From the human T2T-CHM13v2.0 reference genome, Homo sapiens, in NCBI RefSeq assembly GCF_009914755.1, contig NC_060948.1: a stretch of DNA of 64,000 nt, one strand, 5' to 3'. The notes beneath the pieces are model-generated. The model ran no database searches and was not told the DNA's origin. It saw nothing but the letters and a program-made list of their open reading frames with translations. Shown here piece after piece: positions 55,273 to 64,000 of this stretch (position 1 is the stretch's first letter; each line of letters starts with the position of its first letter). Position numbers and translations under genes: made by a program.

Positions 55273-57379
55273 AGATCCATATTTTTTAAATGAAAAAAAA
55301 TTTCAAAGGTACTCTGCTTGGTACAATAATCAAATGTATAAACTGAGGAATAAAACATAACCATGAAACCTACTTATAACTGCATATGGAAAATACAGAG
55401 GATAATTTTTTAAATAACATATTTTGAAAGCCTTAACTAGTAATTTGAAGAGTTGGCATTTGAAAGGCCAGTATGAATATACCTTCAAAGCAGCAACACA
55501 GGTTCCCCATGAGAAAAAGCAAACACAGGGAAAATAAAAACACAAAGGTTCAATCTCTTCTGACCTTTGAAAGACACAGCACAGACAGTGGTCCTTAGGA
55601 CGAAGAGCAGGAGACCCCTAATTCCGTCACCATGGCGATAGGGCATAAACATTGCTGGGTGAGGGCACAATCCACATTGTGAGGTCCAACTGCTGCCAGG
55701 AAGACAGGAGTGCTTTTACATAGACCGAAAGGTCATTGAAGGCTCAGAGTTTTGTTTCAAGAACTGAATCCCAAGCCCACACGTTATTAGGCTGCGCTTC
55801 TTAAAACAAGTTATGAGATGGGAAAAAGGGCACCCACAAACATACGTATACATAATGTATATAATAATATACAGTATCATATATATAATATATATAACCT
55901 ATGTATAATATTGTTTTACATCCTGCATCCTATGTTATATATATTGTATAAAATATAATAATTGATAATATATAAGTTTTATAATTATACAATATGACAT
56001 ATAGTATATATTATAATTTATGACATATATAATATATGTTATATATCATATATAGAATATATTATACGGTTAATATACGTATTAAATATAAATTATACAT
56101 TATATATATTATATATAATATATCTGTTATATATAATACCCATTATGCATAATATATATATTATGTCTATGTTATATATAGTATAAAACAACATATAATA
56201 ATATATAATTGTATATATAAAATGCGACATATAATATATATTATATTTTATAACATATGTAATATATATTATATATTATATATAATACGTTGTATGTATA
56301 ATACCTATATTAAATATATATTATATGACTATGTTATTAATTACATGTCACATGTGTTATATATTATATATTTTACATAGAATATACCGGTTACATACAA
56401 TATATACTATGTTACCTATAATGTATAATTTATTACATGTAAAATAAAGAATGCTATATATTATGTAAAATTTATAATATACAATATGTGGAATGTGATA
56501 TATATAACATATAATATATGATATATGATATACAGTATATGATATATAACATACAATATATGATTCCTAATATATATGGTATACAATATATATTTTATCA
56601 TATGTATTCTATATGTTTTATATTCTGTTATATATAACTATTTGAAATTATATATAACTGTATAATATTTTATGTAAATATGAAATATAATATATATAAC
56701 TATATAATATATTATATATAACTATATATTATGTTATATATACTTTTATAACATAATTTACATAAAATATCATAATATAATATATATTATATTATTTCAT
56801 ATTACATAATATATATTACATATCACCCAATATAACTAACATACATAATATTATAATATAGATTATATTATGTTATATTAAATATCATATATATCATGTA
56901 TCATATATTCTATAATATATATTACACATTATATAATATGTATGTTGTCTATTATGTGATATATATAAATATATATATAATTATATTTTTATACATATAA
57001 CTAGATAAACATGTAATTCTACATATTTTCATTTATAATATGTAGAATTATATAATCATATATAATTTTTTATATTCTATAAAAAATTTTATCATTATAT
57101 AAATTATAATATATAAAAATTATAATATGTACTACAAATATATATATATTATATATCATATATGATATAGTACCTTTGTTATATATCATAATACATATAA
57201 ATGTGTATTATGTTATCTATAATTATATAATTTCATATATAAGATGTATAATATGTATCATATATTATAGATGTTATGTAATATATATAGTATATATAAG
57301 ATGACACAGGATAAATATTATATACTATGACATATAAAATATATGAGGTTATATGTTACATATAAGGCATAGCACATAA

Positions 57380-57694
<315 letters not shown>

Positions 57695-59799
57695 AGATCC
57701 ATATTTTTTAAATGAAAAAAAATTTCAAAGGTACTCTGCTTGGTACAATAATCAAATGTATAAACTGAGGAATAAAACATAACCATGAAACCTACTTATA
57801 ACTGCATATGGAAAATACAGAGGATAATTTTTTAAATAACATATTTTGAAAGCCTTAACTAGTAATTTGAAGAGTTGGCATTTGAAAGGCCAGTATGAAT
57901 ATACCTTCAAAGCAGCAACACAGGTTCCCCATGAGAAAAAGCAAACACAGGGAAAATAAAAACACAAAGGTTCAATCTCTTCTGACCTTTGAAAGACACA
58001 GCACAGACAGTGGTCCTTAGGACGAAGAGCAGGAGACCCCTAATTCCGTCACCATGGCGATAGGGCATAAACATTGCTGGGTGAGGGCACAATCCACATT
58101 GTGAGGTCCAACTGCTGCCAGGAAGACAGGAGTGCTTTTACATAGACCGAAAGGTCATTGAAGGCTCAGAGTTTTGTTTCAAGAACTGAATCCCAAGCCC
58201 ACACGTTATTAGGCTGCGCTTCTTAAAACAAGTTATGAGATGGGAAAAAGGGCACCCACAAACATACGTATACATTATGTATATAATAATATACAGTATC
58301 ATATATATAATATATATAACCTATGTATAATATTGTTTTACATCCTGCATCTTATGTTATATATATTGTATAAAATATAATAATTGATAATATATAAGTT
58401 TTATAATTATACAATATGACATATAGTATATATTATAATTTATGGCATATATAATATATGTTATATATCATATATAGAATATATTATACGGTTAATATAC
58501 GTATTAAATATAAATTATACATTATATATATTATATATAATATATCTGTTATATATAATACCCATTATGCATAATATATATATTATGTCTATGTTATATA
58601 TAGTATAAAACAACATATAATAATATATAATTGTATATATACAATGCGACATATAATATATATTATATTTTATAACATATGTAATATATATTATATATTA
58701 TATATAATACGTTGTATGTATAATACCTATATTAAATATATATTATATGACTATGTTATTAATTACATGTCACATGTGTTATATATTATATATTTTACAT
58801 AGAATATACCGGTTACATACAATATATACTATGTTACCTATAATGTATAATTTATTACATGTAAAATAAAGAATGCAATATATTATGTATAATTTATAAT
58901 ATACAATATGTGGAATGTGATATATATAACATATAATATATGATATATGATATACAGTATATGATATATAACATACAATATATGATTCCTAATATATATG
59001 GTATACAATATATATTTTATGATATGTATTCTATATGTTTTATATTCTGTTATATATAACTATTTGAAATTATATATAACTGTATAATATTTTATGTAAA
59101 TATGTAATATAATATATATAACTATATAATATGTTATATATAACTATATATTATGTTATATATACTTTTATAACATAATTTACATAAAATATCATAATAT
59201 AATATATATTATATTATTTCATATTACATTATATATATTACATATCACCCAATATAACTAACATACATAATATTATAATATAGATTATATTGTGTTATAT
59301 TAAATATCATATATATCATGTATCATATATTCTATAATATATATTACACATTATATAATATGTATGTTGTCTATTATGTGATATATATAACTATATATAT
59401 AATTATATTTTTATACATATAACTAGATAAACATGTAATTCTACATCTTTTCATTTATAATATGTAGAATTATATAATCATATATAATTATTTATATTCT
59501 ATAAAAAATTTTATCATTATATAAATTATAATATATAAAAATTATAATATGTACTACACATATATATATTATATATCATATATGATATAGTACCATTGTT
59601 ATATATCATAATACATATAAATGTGTATTATGTTATCTATAATTATATAATTTCATATATAAGATGTATAATATGTATCATATATTATATATGTTATGTA
59701 ATATATATAGTATATATAAGATGACACAGGATAAATATTATATACTATGACATATAAAATATATGAGGTTATATGTTACATATAAGGCATAGCACATAA

Positions 59800-60114
<315 letters not shown>

Positions 60115-62219
60115 AGATCCATATTTTTTAAATGAAAAAAAATTTCAAAGGTACTCTGCTTGGTACAATAATCAAATGTATAAACTGAGGAATAAAACAT
60201 AACCATGAAACCTACTTATAACTGCATATGGAAAATACAGAGGATAATTTTTTAAATAACATATTTTGAAAGCCTTAACTAGTAATTTGAAGAGTTGGCA
60301 TTTGAAAGGCCAGTATGAATATACCTTCAAAGCAGCAACACAGGTTCCCCATGAGAAAAAGCAAACACAGGGAAAATAAAAACACAAAGGTTCAATCTCT
60401 TCTGACCTTTGAAAGACACAGCACAGACAGTGGTCCTTAGGACGAAGAGCAGGAGACCCCTAATTCCGTCACCATGGCGATAGGGCATAAACATTGCTGG
60501 GTGAGGGCACAATCCACATTGTGAGGTCCAACTGCTGCCAGGAAGACAGGAGTGCTTTTACATAGACCGAAAGGTCATTGAAGGCTCAGAGTTTTGTTTC
60601 AAGAACTGAATCCCAAGCCCACACGTGATTAGGCTGCGCTTCTTAAAACAAGTTATGAGATGGGAAAAAGGGCACCCACAAACATACGTATACATTATGT
60701 ATATAATAATATACAGTATCATATATATAATATATATAACCTATGTATAATATTGTTTTACATCCTGCATCTTATGTTATATATATTGTATAAAATATAA
60801 TAATTGATAATATATAAGTTTTATAATTATACAATATGACATATAGTATATATTATAATTTATGGCATATATAATATATGTTATATATCATATATAGAAT
60901 ATATTATACGGTTAATATACGTATTAAATATAAATTATACATTATATATATTATATATAATATATCTATTATATATAATACCCATTATGCATAATATATA
61001 TATTATGTCTATGTTATATATAGTATAAAACAACATATAATAATATATAATTGTATATATAAAATGCGACATATAATATATATTATATTTTATAACATAT
61101 GTAATATATATTATATATTATATATAATACGTTGTATGTATAATACCTATATTAAATATATATTATATGACTATGTTATTAATTACATGTCACATGTGTT
61201 ATATATTATATATTTTACGTAGAATATACCGGTTACATACAATATATACTATGTTACCTATAATGTATAATTTATTACATGTAAAATAAAGAATGCAATA
61301 TATTATGTATAATTTATAATATACAATATGTGGAATGTGATATATATAACATATAATATATGATATATGATATACAGTATATGATATATAACATACAATA
61401 TATGATTCCTAATATATATGGTATACAATATATATTTTATGATATGTATTCTATATGTTTTATATTCTGTTATATATAACTATTTGAAATTATATATAAC
61501 TGTATAATATTTTATGTAAATATGTAATATAATATATATAACTATATAATATGTTATATATAACTATATATTATGTTATATATACTTTTATAACATAATT
61601 TACATAAAATATCATAATATAATATATATTATATTATTTCATATTACATTATATATATTACATATCACCCAATATAACTAACATACATAATATTATAATA
61701 TAGATTATATTATGTTATATTAAATATCATATATATCATGTATCATATATTCTATAATATATATTACACATTATATAATATGTATGTTGTCTATTATGTG
61801 ATATATATAACTATATATATAATTATATTTTTATACATATAACTAGATAAACATGTAATTCTACATATTTTCATTTATAATATGTAGAATTATATAATCA
61901 TATATAATTATTTATATTCTATAAAAAATTTTATCATTATATAAATTATAATATATAAAAATTATAATATGTACTACACATATATATATTATATATCATA
62001 TATGATACAGTACCATTGTTATATATCATAATACATATAAATGTGTATTATGTTATCTATAATTATATAATTTCATATATAAGATGTATAATATGTATCA
62101 TATATTACATATGTTATGTAATATATATAGTATATATAAGATGACACAGGATAAATATTATATACTATGACATATAAAATATATGAGGTTATATGTTACA
62201 TATAAGGCATAGCACATAA

Positions 62220-62534
<315 letters not shown>

Positions 62535-64000
62535 AGATCCATATTTTTTAAATGAAAAAAAATTTCAAAGGTACTCTGCTTGGTACAATAATCAAATGTA
62601 TAAACTGAGGAATAAAACATAACCATGAAACCTACTTATAACTGCATATGGAAAATACAGAGGATAATTTTTTAAATAACATATTTTGAAAGCCTTAACT
62701 AGTAATTTGAAGAGTTGGCATTTGAAAGGCCAGTATGAATATACCTTCAAAGCAGCAACACAGGTTCCCCATGAGAAAAAGCAAACACAGGGAAAATAAA
62801 AACACAAAGGTTCAATCTCTTCTGACCTTTGAAAGACACAGCACAGACAGTGGTCCTTAGGACGAAGAGCAGGAGACCCCTAATTCCGTCACCATGGCGA
62901 TAGGGCATAAACATTGCTGGGTGAGGGCACAATCCACATTGTGAGGTCCAACTGCTGCCAGGAAGACAGGAGTGCTTTTACATAGACCGAAAGGTCATTG
63001 AAGGCTCAGAGTTTTGTTTCAAGAACTGAATCCCAAGCCCACACGTTATTAGGCTGCGCTTCTTAAAACAAGTTATGAGATGGGAAAAAGGGCACCCACA
63101 AACATACGTATACATTATGTATATAATAATATACAGTATCATATATATAATATATATAACCTATGTATAATATTGTTTTACATCCTGCATCCTATGTTAT
63201 ATATATTGTATAAAATATAATAATTGATAATATATAAGTTTTATAATTATACAATATGACATATAGTATATATTATAATTTATGACATATATAATATATG
63301 TTATATGTCATATATAGAATATATTATACGGTTAATATACGTATTAAATATAAATTATACATTATATATATTATATATAATATATCTGTTATATATAATA
63401 CCCATTATGCATAATATATATATTATGTCTATGTTATATATAGTATAAAACAACATATAATAATATATAATTGTATATATAAAATGCGACATATAATATA
63501 TATTATATTTTATAACATATGTAATATATATTATATATTATATATAATACGTTGTATGTATAATACCTATATTAAATATATATTATATGACTATGTTATT
63601 AATTACATGTCACATGTGTTATATATTATATATTTTACGTAGAATATACCGGTTACATACAATATATACTATGTTACCTATAATTTACAATTTATTACAT
63701 GTAAAATAAAGAATGCAATATATTATGTAAAATTTATAATATACCATATGTGGAATGTCATATATATAACATATAATATATGATATATGATATACAGTAT
63801 ATGATATATAACATACAATATATGATTCCTAATATATATGGTATACAATATATATTTTATGATATGTATTCTATATGTTTTATATTCTGTTATATATAAC
63901 TATTTGAAATTATATATAACTGTATAATATTTTATGTAAATATGTAATATAATATATATAATATATAATATATTATATATAACTATATATTATGTTATAT

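Overview
The whole window is one uninterrupted head-to-tail tandem array of a ~2.42 kb composite repeat: 26 complete units of 2414-2422 bp plus a partial 27th, all in the same orientation and differing only by scattered SNPs and 1-7 bp indels. Each unit has three parts: a ~1.55 kb extremely AT-rich low-complexity block, a diverged, slightly 5'-truncated Alu on the minus strand (~290 bp), and a ~570 bp moderate-GC segment (HSATI-like). The architecture, the 2420 bp period and a predicted 2146 bp HaeIII fragment match the known human satellite DYZ2/HSat1B, most likely from Yq12 heterochromatin. I find no credible gene, RNA gene or CRISPR array, and no evidence of a new biological system. What is worth a second look is the array's internal history, read by eye from shared variants: unit haplotype families, nascent dimer and trimer higher-order repeats, long-range duplications, short conversion tracts, and an Alu whose diagnostic bases look more AluSc-like than AluY-like. 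Unit starts (at ACCCCTAATT): U1 1, U2 2421, U3 4841, U4 7261, U5 9681, U6 12100, U7 14519, U8 16938, U9 19357, U10 21776, U11 24196, U12 26615, U13 29035, U14 31454, U15 33873, U16 36289, U17 38706, U18 41125, U19 43541, U20 45956, U21 48371, U22 50785, U23 53199, U24 55614, U25 58036, U26 60456, U27 62876.
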